Of a stretch of 64,000 bases of DNA, positions 40,678 to 50,432 are shown piece after piece. Where the stretch lies: contig CAZWPK010000001.1 in the NCBI GenBank assembly GCA_964635905.1, positions 288,293 through 352,292 on the forward strand. The letters run 5' to 3'. Position 1 is the first letter of the stretch. The number at the start of each line of letters is the position of its first letter. Under the pieces are notes generated by a model, which saw only the letters and a program-made list of their open reading frames with translations, was not told the DNA's origin and ran no database searches. The stretch comes from an uncultured Pseudomonadales bacterium. GTDB taxonomy: Bacteria; Patescibacteriota; Microgenomatia; UBA1400; UBA12028. Both the position numbers and the translations under genes were made by a program.

Positions 40678-40910
40678 GCGGCTTTCTGTGAACGAGTGTA
40701 GAGGTTAGCAACCGTTTCGGTGGGTTGAGCACCCTTACTAATCCACGCATCGTATTTTGCTTTATCCAACACTAATTCCTTGGTGAGTGGACTGTAATGT
40801 CCAATCATTTCGATGTACTCACCATCGCGTTTGGTTTTAGCTTCGATCGCAACGATACGAAAGTGTGGCTGATGTTTTTTCCCGGTTCGAGAAAGTTTAA
40901 GTTTGACCAT
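40674..40910 (-). CDS. rpsP: 30S ribosomal protein S16
   Basis: The sequence MVKLKLSRTGKKHQPHFRIVA... matches S16. The start was reassigned to MVKLKL at 40910. Confidence 0.9.
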   Translation of the reverse strand: MVKLKLSRTGKKHQPHFRIVAIEAKTKRDGEYIEMIGHYSPLTKELVLDKAKYDAWISKGAQPTETVANLYTRSQKAA

Positions 40911-40945
40911 AACTGTAGTTCCTAAAAACTTGAAGTGAAAGTATA

Positions 40946-41602
40946 TCAATTATTCCCTAGTTTCTCAAGAGCAAGCTTGGCAGCTTCTTGGGAGGCATCT
41001 TGTTTACTTTTTCCGACTCCAGAGCCAATCGCTTCTCCGTCAATGCGGACTTCGACGGTAAACGTCTTGAGGTGATCAGGACCAGATTCATTCACAGTCA
41101 CGTAGATAGGCGTGGACTTTCCTTGCGCTTGGACAAGCTCTTGAAGGGTCGTTTTGTAGTCTTTATACGTCTCATCTTTGAGAATTTGGTCAAACCGAGG
41201 GAAAAGTACTTCTTGCAAAAAGGAGACACAGACGTCAAATCCTTGGTCCAAATAGAGGGCTCCGAGGACGGCCTCAAAGGTATCGGCAAGCAAACTAGGG
41301 TTCTCTCGACCACCAGAACGCTCTTCCCCTTTACTCATTTTGAGTTCTTGATCCAACCCAAGTTCCTTGGCAACTTCTGCAAGCGTCACGGTTTTGACTA
41401 AAGCTGCCCGATAGGACGTCATAACGCCTTCATTGGCAGCCGGATACGCTGCGTATAAGAATTGGGTGGTGGCTAGTTCCAGGACTGCGTCCCCCAAAAA
41501 CTCTAAGCGTTCATTGGATTCTGTACTATCTGTTTCGTTTAAGAAAGAACGATGTACTAAGGCAGTTTGGTATAAAGAATCAGATTGAAACGCAGGTAAC
41601 AT
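40946..41602 (-). CDS. rnc: ribonuclease III
   Basis: The RNase III signature ERLEFLGDAVLEL is present, with a C-terminal dsRBD. Confidence 0.9.
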   Translation of the reverse strand: MLPAFQSDSLYQTALVHRSFLNETDSTESNERLEFLGDAVLELATTQFLYAAYPAANEGVMTSYRAALVKTVTLAEVAKELGLDQELKMSKGEERSGGRENPSLLADTFEAVLGALYLDQGFDVCVSFLQEVLFPRFDQILKDETYKDYKTTLQELVQAQGKSTPIYVTVNESGPDHLKTFTVEVRIDGEAIGSGVGKSKQDASQEAAKLALEKLGNN

Positions 41603-41617
41603 ACTATGTACGCCTTC

Positions 41618-41872
41618 TTAGGCGAGCTCATCTTCAATATATTCTGCCAAGACACCGATGGTGGGGTTTTCTTCAAGGTCTTTAACTTTGATTGGAAATT
41701 CAATTTGTTGTTTGACACGGGCAAAAAATTCGGCAATCTCGACTGGACTCATGGAGAGTTCATCAAATTCCATTCCGGGACTAATGTCTTCCGGATCCAC
41801 TCCAGTCACTTCAGAAAGCATGGCTTGAAGTTTTAAAAACATGGGGTTAACGGTCGGTCGTTTGTCTGTCAT
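41618..41872 (-). CDS. acyl-carrier-protein-like small acidic protein
   Basis: 84 aa and acidic. GMEFDELSMSPVEIAEF loosely resembles the ACP DSL helix II region. An ACP-like gene adjacent to rnc is a common arrangement. Confidence 0.3.
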   Translation of the reverse strand: MTDKRPTVNPMFLKLQAMLSEVTGVDPEDISPGMEFDELSMSPVEIAEFFARVKQQIEFPIKVKDLEENPTIGVLAEYIEDELA

Positions 41873-42213
41873 AAAGAACCAGCAATTTTACTTAAGACTG
41901 CATTTACAAATTTACTCGAATGATCAGCGCCAAATTCCTTGGCGATTTCAATGGCTTCATCAATGATGATTGCCGGTTTATTTTCTTTCTGTAGTAATTC
42001 AAACACTCCCAGCCGCAAGATTGCAAGATCAATTTTATTCATGTCTGCAATCGACCATTCGGTCGCCACCAATTTGATCTTTTCATCAAGCTCTGGGATT
42101 TTTGCGACGACTGCCTCAATCTCCGACGTCACCACCCCAGCAAAGCTGTAGGTATACAGTAGTTTGACTTGGGAGATTCTGTGAAGATGTCGAGGGTCAT
42201 GAGATGTTTTCAT
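41869..42213 (-). CDS. nusB: transcription antitermination factor NusB
   Basis: An N-terminal RHLHRISQVKLLY-type motif (NusB R-x-x-R-x-x-A-x-Q) and an all-helical fold. Confidence 0.75.
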   Translation of the reverse strand: MKTSHDPRHLHRISQVKLLYTYSFAGVVTSEIEAVVAKIPELDEKIKLVATEWSIADMNKIDLAILRLGVFELLQKENKPAIIIDEAIEIAKEFGADHSSKFVNAVLSKIAGSL

Positions 42214-42232
42214 TTCTGCCCTCTTTCACCTA

Positions 42233-42478
42233 TTAGGAATTAACTTGTTTCTTCGCTTGTTTACGCGCACGTTTGCCAACGAGTCCATTGATTGCTTTGG
42301 CAATCAGTTGAATCTTTGGCTGACCGGCTTGTCGACGACCAGAACGATGTGTTGAGTGGCGTCGTTTTGTAAGTGGACCCATACGTTTCCTTAAAGTAAC
42401 TATGTACACTAGTAGTGTACTCGGAATCAATTTCGTCATGCAACCCCAATCACTGCACCACAATTTTGGGGGCGACAA
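42233..42478 (-). CDS. small highly basic protein (possible ribosomal-protein-like)
   Basis: The C-terminal 50 aa are Arg/Lys-rich (KRRHSTHRSGRRQAG...KRARKQAKKQ). The start is uncertain. Confidence 0.25.
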   Translation of the reverse strand: MSPPKLWCSDWGCMTKLIPSTLLVYIVTLRKRMGPLTKRRHSTHRSGRRQAGQPKIQLIAKAINGLVGKRARKQAKKQVNS

Positions 42479-42543
42479 GCGTTTGTAACATAGGTGCGTT
42501 CGTTTTGCAAGTGAGTCATGTCACAGGGAATGGACGTAGATGC

Positions 42544-43050
42544 TTATAGATTGACGAGTTCAACTGTATCTAGTGCCAGATTTACCTTCAACGAGAGCGT
42601 TTCGTATCCCTGACTTGCATGTATAGCGAGATTGACGGAGTAGATGCCGTCTTTCTGTACAACCAGATAGTTGGACTTTTGGAAATATGGTTCAAGATCA
42701 GGTCTATTCTTTGAAATCCAGTCATATACTCTCCACAGTACTTGCGTTTTAGGGTCTGCTTCTGCCTCTTGCCCGGTTAATTCTGACATCAGTAAAAATG
42801 CAAAGCGTTCTTCTGCATCTAGAACTCTGACATCTACGGAATAGAAAATGGGATCATTTTCTTGAAGGCGTCGACCGATGGTTAACTCTGCTCCAATTAT
42901 CAGTGTTTGTGCTGATCCCAATAGTCCAACTGCAATCACTTCAATTTGTCGTAGAGTTGGGGCTTCAGGTAAGCCATACTCTTGATAGAGCCTCTGAACA
43001 TACGGATCTTTAGTTGGGCGGGGAATATCGAATCCTGAAGGTGAAGACAT
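42544..43050 (-). CDS. hypothetical protein
   Basis: A 168-aa ORF with no recognisable motif. Confidence 0.4.
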   Translation of the reverse strand: MSSPSGFDIPRPTKDPYVQRLYQEYGLPEAPTLRQIEVIAVGLLGSAQTLIIGAELTIGRRLQENDPIFYSVDVRVLDAEERFAFLLMSELTGQEAEADPKTQVLWRVYDWISKNRPDLEPYFQKSNYLVVQKDGIYSVNLAIHASQGYETLSLKVNLALDTVELVNL

Positions 43051-43112
43051 AGTTGTACTTTCTACCCAAAGTATAGCTTATAAGTCAAGAGAGGGTAAGC
43101 ATTCACTACTCT

Positions 43113-45140
43113 CTACGAAGTGAACTCTTTGGATTGTTTCAATGCTTCCCCTTTACACAGTTCAATTAACTCCGTATCAAACCAACTGGCGAAGCGCAAA
43201 CTTCCGAAACCGTGTTGCGCCATCCCCAGGAGCTCTCCCGATCCGCGATGGCGTAAATCATACTCTGCCAGACCATTTCCATCATAGGTCCCAGCAAAGA
43301 ATGCCAAGCGTTTCTGCATCTTCTCGGTTGCCTCTTCCTCATCCAGTGCGAACAACGCATCCTCCGATGGGGATGGTGGTGAGGTGAAGAGCAAACAGTA
43401 GGCAACTTGTCCTCGCCTTCCGACACGACCACGTAACTGATGTAGTTGAGCCAATCCAAACCGCTCTGCACCTTCAATCACAATGATGTTGGCCTTGGGA
43501 AGATCTACTCCCACTTCCACAACTGGGGTGGTTACCAGGACATCTGCCTTGCCATCCATGAATTCACTAAAGATGGCATCTTTCTCATCGGCGGAGCATT
43601 TTCCATGGAGCAAGCGTAATCGAAGTGTAGGGAAAATGGTTTGCAGCGTCTCAAATTCCTTTTTTGCTGATTTGACGGTAGAGAGCGTGTCCACAGCGGA
43701 CTCAGAAATGAACGGGCAGACGATGAGGGCTTGTCCGTTGGTTTCTTTCAGTGTTTTTTCGATCCACTGATAGGAGCTCTTGCGCTTTCCTGCCGGCACC
43801 ACCCAGGTTTTGATATTGGCATTACTCTTGTGTGGAACGATGAAACTCACGTCACGGTCCGCAAGGGCGGTGAGGGCAACGGTACGGGGAATGGGTGTGG
43901 CGGTCATGGACAGATAGTGCGGTTTGTCCGCTTTAGCAAAAAAGATCTCACGTTGTGCTACACCAAAGCGATGCTCCTCATCAACGACGACCACCGTTGG
44001 ATGTAGTGTATTCCCTGCGGCGTGAAAAAGAGCATGCGTGCCCACTAGAATTTGGGCATCGGTATTTTTTTCTTTCCCGGTGTACAGACCTAGGGAGATG
44101 GAGGGGGTCGCGCTTTTAAAGAGCTTTTGTAAGGTGGCAAAATGCTGCGAGGCCAAGATATTGGTAGGACAGACCAGTGCTGCTTGTTGACCATGGGTTG
44201 CGGCTACCCATAAGGCAAAGGCAGCGACTGTCGTTTTTCCGGAACCCACTTCTCCCTGCAATAACCGATACATCGGATGCGGGCTGGAGAAATCGGTAGC
44301 AATTGCTTGAATAGCTTCTGACTGTGTCGACGTTAAGGAATAGGGCAAAAAGGAATTAAAGGTGTCCATCTGCTCCGATGAAATCTCGGTAGTAAAGGGA
44401 CTGATGGTTTGTTGTTGCGCAGCTTTTTGCTGTTGGAGGGCAAAGATCAGAATCGACATCTCATCTAAAGCTAATCGACGCTTTGAGGCTTTCAATGCAG
44501 AATCTGTTTGCTCTATTGGTATGGTTGTTGGCAAATGCAGCGTGGTGAGTGCCGTTTGCAACGCAGGTAATCCCACACGTGTTGCGAAGGCGAGCTGACG
44601 CGCTGGCTCGTCCAATTTGACCTCCGACAAGACCGACCCGATCAATTTACCTAAGTACTTTGAATTGATTGTTGCGGATTCATGATAGACCGGGAGCACC
44701 GATCCAAAGGGCGGAGGTGCTGTTTGAAATGTGGGGTTGGTGAGCGTCGGTTTGGCGTTAAACCAGCCGACCTTTCCTCTAAAGTAATACGATTCCCCCA
44801 CGGTTAACGCAGAGAGGACAAAGTCCATGTGAAACCACGTTAACTCCATGGTTCCAGATTCATCGGCAACCTTGACCTTGATCATCCGTTTAAATTTGAG
44901 TTTGACAGGAGTTTTGGATACGACTTGGCCATAGATACATGCCTTTTGATCGACAACAATATTCTTAATAGGAGTCAAAGGTTCTACGGGTTCATAGCGA
45001 AAAGGAATGTGATAGAGCAAATCATGAACAGTCTGAATTCCTAGGAGTTCCAACTGTGCAGCACGTGCAGGTCCCACACCAGGAAGGGTTGTAACGGAAT
45101 CACTAGGTAAGAGTGGCATGGCATCTAGTCTACCAAACAA
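43113..45140 (-). CDS. recG: ATP-dependent DNA helicase RecG
   Basis: An N-terminal wedge domain is followed by helicase motif I (GEVGSGKT), II (DEEH) and the TRG motif region. The length is 675 aa. Confidence 0.9.
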   Translation of the reverse strand: MFGRLDAMPLLPSDSVTTLPGVGPARAAQLELLGIQTVHDLLYHIPFRYEPVEPLTPIKNIVVDQKACIYGQVVSKTPVKLKFKRMIKVKVADESGTMELTWFHMDFVLSALTVGESYYFRGKVGWFNAKPTLTNPTFQTAPPPFGSVLPVYHESATINSKYLGKLIGSVLSEVKLDEPARQLAFATRVGLPALQTALTTLHLPTTIPIEQTDSALKASKRRLALDEMSILIFALQQQKAAQQQTISPFTTEISSEQMDTFNSFLPYSLTSTQSEAIQAIATDFSSPHPMYRLLQGEVGSGKTTVAAFALWVAATHGQQAALVCPTNILASQHFATLQKLFKSATPSISLGLYTGKEKNTDAQILVGTHALFHAAGNTLHPTVVVVDEEHRFGVAQREIFFAKADKPHYLSMTATPIPRTVALTALADRDVSFIVPHKSNANIKTWVVPAGKRKSSYQWIEKTLKETNGQALIVCPFISESAVDTLSTVKSAKKEFETLQTIFPTLRLRLLHGKCSADEKDAIFSEFMDGKADVLVTTPVVEVGVDLPKANIIVIEGAERFGLAQLHQLRGRVGRRGQVAYCLLFTSPPSPSEDALFALDEEEATEKMQKRLAFFAGTYDGNGLAEYDLRHRGSGELLGMAQHGFGSLRFASWFDTELIELCKGEALKQSKEFTS

Positions 45141-45271
45141 CCGCTACTTCACAATGTCATTCGGACTAAATGAGGAACAAAAGAGTTTGAAAGATACCAC
45201 CAAAGACAAAGATCACCATCACGGCAGCAATCAAAATCTGAAATACTAGTCGAGTACGTTTTCCTAACATA

Positions 45272-45631
45272 TTAGCTCCTTAAGTACAATCTATCTCCAT
45301 TGCCTACTGTGTACGGAATTTCAGTGAGTTGAGTGGTTATCAGCGCAACAATATAAATTCCTGGAACTGTTTCCGGAACATTCGTACTAATGATTTCTAC
45401 CACGTTTCGGTATCCCGCCCATTTCCCAGTATCATCATCTAGGACAGACATGATGAGAAAATCATACTGGCGTAAGAAGGATACAACTTCCCTATACGGA
45501 ACATTTTTCGGAATTTTAGGGAGAATTCCAAGAAATCTATCCCCTTCCGAAGCGGCTAAATTAAGCTCTTCTTCGGTAAACAAATGATTGTGTTTGGTCG
45601 TCACTTGCTCGAGGGCTTCTACTCGAATCAT
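45272..45631 (-). CDS. hypothetical protein
   Basis: A 119-aa ORF overlapping the tyrS start by 4 nt, suggesting co-transcription. Confidence 0.35.
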   Translation of the reverse strand: MIRVEALEQVTTKHNHLFTEEELNLAASEGDRFLGILPKIPKNVPYREVVSFLRQYDFLIMSVLDDDTGKWAGYRNVVEIISTNVPETVPGIYIVALITTQLTEIPYTVGNGDRLYLRS

Positions 45632-46815
45632 ATGTCGAATCTAATCGAATAATACTGTCGCTTCCCTACTTTCAGGGTTCCTGGAGTTGTGACCTTTTCT
45701 TGCGGGTCTGTCTTCTTTTCACCAGCTAGCGATACCCCACCCTGCTCAATGAGACGACGTAGATCATTGTTGCTTGCCTCCGGTTGAGCAAGCTTTACTA
45801 GCTCAATCACTGAAATTTCTGTAGGAACTACCAACTCTATAGCCTCCGTCACCTCTTTATTCTGCACTGTTCGCTCAAAATGATCTTGAGCGGTAGTGGC
45901 ATCTTCGGCAGAATGTAGGCCTGAAGTAATGGTGAAGGCCAATTTCTTCTTGTACTCCATGGGATTCGTTCCCGATTGCATCGCCTGTTCCATTGCGGTG
46001 ATCTCAGCAGTTGGGACATCAGTTAACAAGCGGAAGTATTCGATGATGACATCATCGGCAACCGACATGAGTTTCCCGTACATATTGGTTGGGTCTTCCG
46101 TGAGGGAAATGAAGTTGCCAAACGACTTCCCCATTTTCCGTCCATCTGTTCCATTGATGATTGGAGTGGTGAGTACCCATTTCTCATGATCGTTGTAGAT
46201 GCGCTGAAGTTGTCGGCCCATCATCATGTTGAAGGTTTGATCGGTTCCGCCAATTTCCAGGTCCACATTCATTGCCACTGAATCATACCCTTGAAGTAAC
46301 GGGTACATAATCTCATGACCAAAGATCGGTAAATTCTTTTTTAATCGTTCCTGAAACATGTCGCGTTCGATGAGCTGTTGTACTGTCGTTTGAGCCATCA
46401 ACTTTACAATATCCGCATAGGTTAATTTATCCAACCAATCTCCGTTACGAACCACAGTGATTTTAGAGAAGTCTAGCACCTTTTGGGCTTGTTCTTTCCA
46501 AGATGTGAAGTTACTTTCAATCTGTTCCTCGGTTAAGACGGGGCGACTACTATCTCTTCCTGTCGGATCCCCGATACGGACCGTTCCGTTGCCAATTAAC
46601 AAAATCACGTCATGTCCAGCCAGGGCAAACTGGTTTAATTTGCGTAGACCCACCGAATGCCCTAAATGCAACGCATTTCCGGTTGGATCAATGCCCATGA
46701 ATACTTTGATAGGTTGAGACTTCATTTTTTTAAGTAGTGATGCAGAATCCGGCAGAACCTGTGCTACCCCACGGGTGAGTAGTTCTTCTTGATCAATGGA
46801 TGGAGTGGATGACAT
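45628..46815 (-). CDS. tyrS: tyrosine--tRNA ligase
   Basis: HIGH motif (HLGH), KMGKS motif and a C-terminal S4 domain. The length is 395 aa. Confidence 0.9.
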   Translation of the reverse strand: MSSTPSIDQEELLTRGVAQVLPDSASLLKKMKSQPIKVFMGIDPTGNALHLGHSVGLRKLNQFALAGHDVILLIGNGTVRIGDPTGRDSSRPVLTEEQIESNFTSWKEQAQKVLDFSKITVVRNGDWLDKLTYADIVKLMAQTTVQQLIERDMFQERLKKNLPIFGHEIMYPLLQGYDSVAMNVDLEIGGTDQTFNMMMGRQLQRIYNDHEKWVLTTPIINGTDGRKMGKSFGNFISLTEDPTNMYGKLMSVADDVIIEYFRLLTDVPTAEITAMEQAMQSGTNPMEYKKKLAFTITSGLHSAEDATTAQDHFERTVQNKEVTEAIELVVPTEISVIELVKLAQPEASNNDLRRLIEQGGVSLAGEKKTDPQEKVTTPGTLKVGKRQYYSIRFDI

Positions 46816-47030
46816 ACGTTTCCTTTCTTCTGATTGTATCGTAAATATTTTTAGTTTGTTAACAGTTCACAACTTGTACAAAAGACATAAAAAAACCCGC
46901 TGTTGCGGGGAATTTTCTTTGCACACAAGATCCCCCTAGGTGTTAGGCTGATAGTGATAAGAGGAAATGTGGGTAGACAGTTGCATAATGGATAGTATAC
47001 ACTTTCAAAAACCTATCTTTCTACAGGAGA
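46816..47030 (-). promoter_or_regulatory. candidate T-box-type leader/attenuator upstream of tyrS
   Basis: On the minus strand, a hairpin CCCCGCAACAGCGGGG followed by a U7 tract ends about 75 nt before the tyrS ATG. The 5' arm can alternatively pair with an upstream GGGGG (UAGGGGGAUC, weakly T-box-like). No minus-strand gene lies immediately upstream to need a terminator. Confidence 0.3.
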
Positions 47031-47474
47031 ATGACCGAACAGTACTCCCCTTCCCCCTCAGAAAAGTTTCGCCAATTGACGGCTGATTTTCTTGATCTAA
47101 TCGCTATTACAATAAGTAGACGTCATTTTGAAAAAGAATTCACCGACAATGAGGTGCAACTGGCTACTCAACGTGAACAGCATGACCAGGAGTTGGAGAG
47201 GAAAGCGAAAGCAGCTGTAGGAACGTATAGCGTTAATACTGTTCGTTACGACGCACTGTCCGGCCGCTACCGTATCCGTGCCGACATCATTGTCGGAAGC
47301 GAATCAATTGAAATCCCGTATGAAGTATTGGAAAAAAATATCCATTGGATTCCAAATGGAACTGGGACACAGTCGTTGACGATTTCACCTGATCATCAGT
47401 TTTCTGCAGTACTTTGGGAAAGAAACTATTCTGACGGTGAAAGAATTGTCTTTCCAAGAGGTCGAAGAAACTAA
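47031..47474 (+). CDS. hypothetical protein
   Basis: A 147-aa ORF with no recognisable motif. Confidence 0.35.
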   Translation: MTEQYSPSPSEKFRQLTADFLDLIAITISRRHFEKEFTDNEVQLATQREQHDQELERKAKAAVGTYSVNTVRYDALSGRYRIRADIIVGSESIEIPYEVLEKNIHWIPNGTGTQSLTISPDHQFSAVLWERNYSDGERIVFPRGRRN

Positions 47475-47487
47475 AAGTTCAGAATGA

Positions 47488-48570
47488 TTATTCCTTAGGC
47501 TGAATTATCGCAACTTTCTTTATTTCGTTATTCTCATTTAGGTACCCAGAAGGTGAAAAATAGCGATAAAAGACTTGAAACTCTGGATGAAATCGCATCG
47601 ATAGTAATAACGCAAGTGCCGTAATTTCCTGCTCCCTCATCTCCCTTCCAGAGCCCACGAAATCAAATAATGGTTTGCATTTCCTCCACACCATTGCATG
47701 AGCTTGCATGACTGCAATCGGGTTAGTATGTGTTACCCCAAGCTTTTTGAGAAAATCTCGATCTGATACGGGGGATAAGAATTCAGGAGCAACCAAAAGC
47801 ATCTTAAAAACTCGAAACCCTATAGTATTAAGATCTTCTGGGGGAAGTACACCTTCTTTAAGCCGCTGGAGAACGTGGTAACCTGTCAACCTGTTAAAGA
47901 CGATGGATCCTAGTTTATCTTGGGACTTTGTAATTTGAATAACTGCATCTGCTAATTGTATAAACTTACTATTTGCAATTGCTATTTTGGTAGGATCATC
48001 ATAGTCTTTTCCTGTTTCAGGATCAGTAGTCCAGAGTTGGTATGCTTCTTGGAGCGTCGCTCCGCTGGGTTGTGTGTCAAGGACTTGCCGAAGTTCATTA
48101 CTAGGTCCAAATGAAGCAAAATGCGACAACAGACCGCCGGGAGTTAATCCTGCTGATGACTTATGCAACACCGAAGATAAGCTTGGATTCTGATTTACAC
48201 TAAACGCTTCTTCATACAGCATGCGCACTAAATACCCATCATCAGGCTCTAAAGGATACCGTTCTCGTCGACCAACAATTTGTTGAGACTCCCATAATTC
48301 TAGGTCATCAGGATGGTTGCTAATTCGAGGCTTTGTCACTGATGCAATGTTTTCAGAGCTAATGTCATACATACTCTTAAGTATGGAGTTCAATGGTTCA
48401 CGTTCAAAAGGATGTTGTGGAGGTTTTTGTTGAAGGATTTCTACAGGATATTTTGCTGCACGAGGATTTAAATCTGCTGCCGTTAGAACGATTCGCTCAT
48501 TCTCCGGCTGGGGTTTTTCTAAATCTGCATGAGTAAGAACGATGTGTGGTTTTGATTTTTCGTCTCCCAT
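47488..48570 (-). CDS. hypothetical protein
   Basis: The start was moved to MGDEKSKP (48570) because the track ORF's first 29 codons overlap the tRNA-Leu(TAG) gene. The length is about 360 aa. Confidence 0.45.
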   Translation of the reverse strand: MGDEKSKPHIVLTHADLEKPQPENERIVLTAADLNPRAAKYPVEILQQKPPQHPFEREPLNSILKSMYDISSENIASVTKPRISNHPDDLELWESQQIVGRRERYPLEPDDGYLVRMLYEEAFSVNQNPSLSSVLHKSSAGLTPGGLLSHFASFGPSNELRQVLDTQPSGATLQEAYQLWTTDPETGKDYDDPTKIAIANSKFIQLADAVIQITKSQDKLGSIVFNRLTGYHVLQRLKEGVLPPEDLNTIGFRVFKMLLVAPEFLSPVSDRDFLKKLGVTHTNPIAVMQAHAMVWRKCKPLFDFVGSGREMREQEITALALLLSMRFHPEFQVFYRYFSPSGYLNENNEIKKVAIIQPKE

Positions 48571-48579
48571 AGTTAGATG

Positions 48580-48663
48580 TGCCCAGGAGAGGGATCGAAC
48601 CTCCACGCCCTTGCGGGCACAGGATTCTAAGTCCTGCTTGTCTGCCAGTTCCAACACCTGGGC
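48580..48663 (-). tRNA. tRNA-Leu (anticodon TAG)
   Basis: The acceptor stem is GCCCAGG/CCTGGGC. The anticodon loop CTTAGAA gives UAG. It has a long variable arm and the T-loop TTCGATC. Confidence 0.8.
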
Positions 48664-48685
48664 ATAAGGGTATTATACCGTTTTT

Positions 48686-49336
48686 TTACATATCATGGGT
48701 ACGTTCTCGATAGTGCTCACTTTCGTGGTGGCGAATCGTACATAATGATGAGATCTGTAGAGAAATTGTCTTAGAGAGGTTTGAAATTACTCTCTCGGAT
48801 AGGAATACACCTACACAACCACCTAATCCGTAGCGAGTGTATGCTCTTCCTTCTACAACATACGTTGGCTCATCAAAATAGGAACGTGTGGAACCAAGAA
48901 CAAGTAATTGTCCACCTATTTCAAGTCTTTTAGTCATCAGTAATTCAATTGTCTGTGAAATCAAACTCGGACTAACGTATTCTGGGTGCGGATTTGCATC
49001 TTCAGTTTTGTAAGAAATTATCGTTGTTGTAGGGTTGAGATATTCAAGAAAATTCATGGTGTAGGTGTGTCGATAGTATTCTTCTCCCACTAAAAGTGGT
49101 CCATTATAATTTTTCAAGAATTGTAGCAGTGCACGGAAATAGCTCGAATCAAAAAGGCTTGAAACTAGTGCTCCTTTGAATACCTCAAAGGGTAACTGTA
49201 ATGCGGGATTTTTAGTATTGTATGCAGTAAAAAAAGGATGAATAAGGACAGGTAATACCCCATCATATTGTACAACTTGGGATCGTAGGTGCTCTAGATC
49301 ATGTTTTGATGTAGTTGGAAGGATCTCGTATGCCAT
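48686..49336 (-). CDS. hypothetical protein
   Basis: The start was chosen at MAYEILPTT. The track start at 49384 would run through the candidate terminator hairpin. Confidence 0.4.
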   Translation of the reverse strand: MAYEILPTTSKHDLEHLRSQVVQYDGVLPVLIHPFFTAYNTKNPALQLPFEVFKGALVSSLFDSSYFRALLQFLKNYNGPLLVGEEYYRHTYTMNFLEYLNPTTTIISYKTEDANPHPEYVSPSLISQTIELLMTKRLEIGGQLLVLGSTRSYFDEPTYVVEGRAYTRYGLGGCVGVFLSERVISNLSKTISLQISSLCTIRHHESEHYRERTHDM

Positions 49337-49340
49337 ACAA

Positions 49341-49368
49341 TAAAAAAACCCGCAATTTCTCGCGGGAT
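49341..49368 (-). terminator. candidate rho-independent terminator (minus strand)
   Basis: The plus strand reads AAAAAAA-CCCGC-AATTTCT-CGCGGG. On the minus strand this is a GC hairpin followed by a U7 tract, about 150 nt downstream of the 49514..50305 gene. Confidence 0.35.
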
Positions 49369-49513
49369 TCTTTAAGGTTAGCACGTAATTCCCGGTGAGG
49401 AAGAACCTGCCAACATGCTCATACTATATCATGGGAACTATGGGCTGTCAATACCACCTAAATTAGACTCCCCCATCAGAGAGGATCGTGTGTTTTGATG
49501 TATGACTATAAGC

Positions 49514-50305
49514 CTATTTGGGTGACACGTACTCGAGGAGATTCGCATCGGCTTCGTTTGCTCTCCCTTTTTCTCGATCGTTGTATTCCATCTCTGCGAT
49601 CCATTGATTCACGGAATTTGCCCAGGTTGTACTGCTAGGAGTGTATTTCTTCATGATTTGATCTGGAGTGACCAGGCCAATATCGATATAACGTTCCTTG
49701 AGTTCTTTTGCGACACGGTCAAAACTGGCCTCATAGGTATCAAACCCCAGTTCTCCTCGTTTATGAATTCCAAATCCAAAACAGTTTTTTAACTCTGGTT
49801 TACTATTTTTACACAAATTGCTCTCTTGCATCATGATTGCCGGTAGAAGTCGGTAATCTACTCCATAACGGTCCGCGGCTGCCACGAGCTCTTTGGCATA
49901 GTACTCGGGAGGAGTTAGGGGTGAATTATGGCGTTGTAAGAAGTTTTTAACGATTTCTACGCGAGCATCGGCAACCTGAACATCAAAGCTTAATCCAGAT
50001 GCCTGGACAGGTCCAGGCTGGGTGATCACAGTTGATTGCCCTTGAGAGCTGGGGAAAATTGACGGGAGTGGGAGTAGACTTTGACGTGCTTTAACGACGG
50101 GGAGAATACCCATGGCAGAAAGACCTACAAGAGTCAGAATGGCAGCGCCAAAGAGGGCTTGTTGTCCGAATCGAGAAACTAGATGCCCAGGTAGGATGAA
50201 TTTAGAACGCACGGGGGAAACAACGGGAGCCTCACCATCCACAATAGAACCTATTGTCTTGAGGGGCTTGTCTTTGGAATAAAAATATTTCGGTTGCTTT
50301 GTCAT
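49514..50305 (-). CDS. membrane-anchored protein with possible peptidoglycan-hydrolase (SLT/glucosaminidase-like) domain
   Basis: It has an N-terminal transmembrane helix. The extracytoplasmic domain contains AIMMQESN, which weakly resembles lytic transglycosylase E-S motifs. Confidence 0.3.
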   Translation of the reverse strand: MTKQPKYFYSKDKPLKTIGSIVDGEAPVVSPVRSKFILPGHLVSRFGQQALFGAAILTLVGLSAMGILPVVKARQSLLPLPSIFPSSQGQSTVITQPGPVQASGLSFDVQVADARVEIVKNFLQRHNSPLTPPEYYAKELVAAADRYGVDYRLLPAIMMQESNLCKNSKPELKNCFGFGIHKRGELGFDTYEASFDRVAKELKERYIDIGLVTPDQIMKKYTPSSTTWANSVNQWIAEMEYNDREKGRANEADANLLEYVSPK

Positions 50306-50432
50306 AGTGAAAAAGCGTAGTTTACTGTATCATAGTCTCTCGACTGGGTCAAATTGATCATCTGCGGTTTAGCTTGATATTTCCAGCTTTTCAGTTCGTT
50401 GTAAAACCTGTAACGGGAGTAAAAAGTGTACT

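Noticed and set aside
41618-41872. Confident acyl carrier protein call
   Set aside because: The canonical DSL phosphopantetheine-attachment motif is degenerate (ELSMSP). It is kept only as a low-confidence ACP-like protein.
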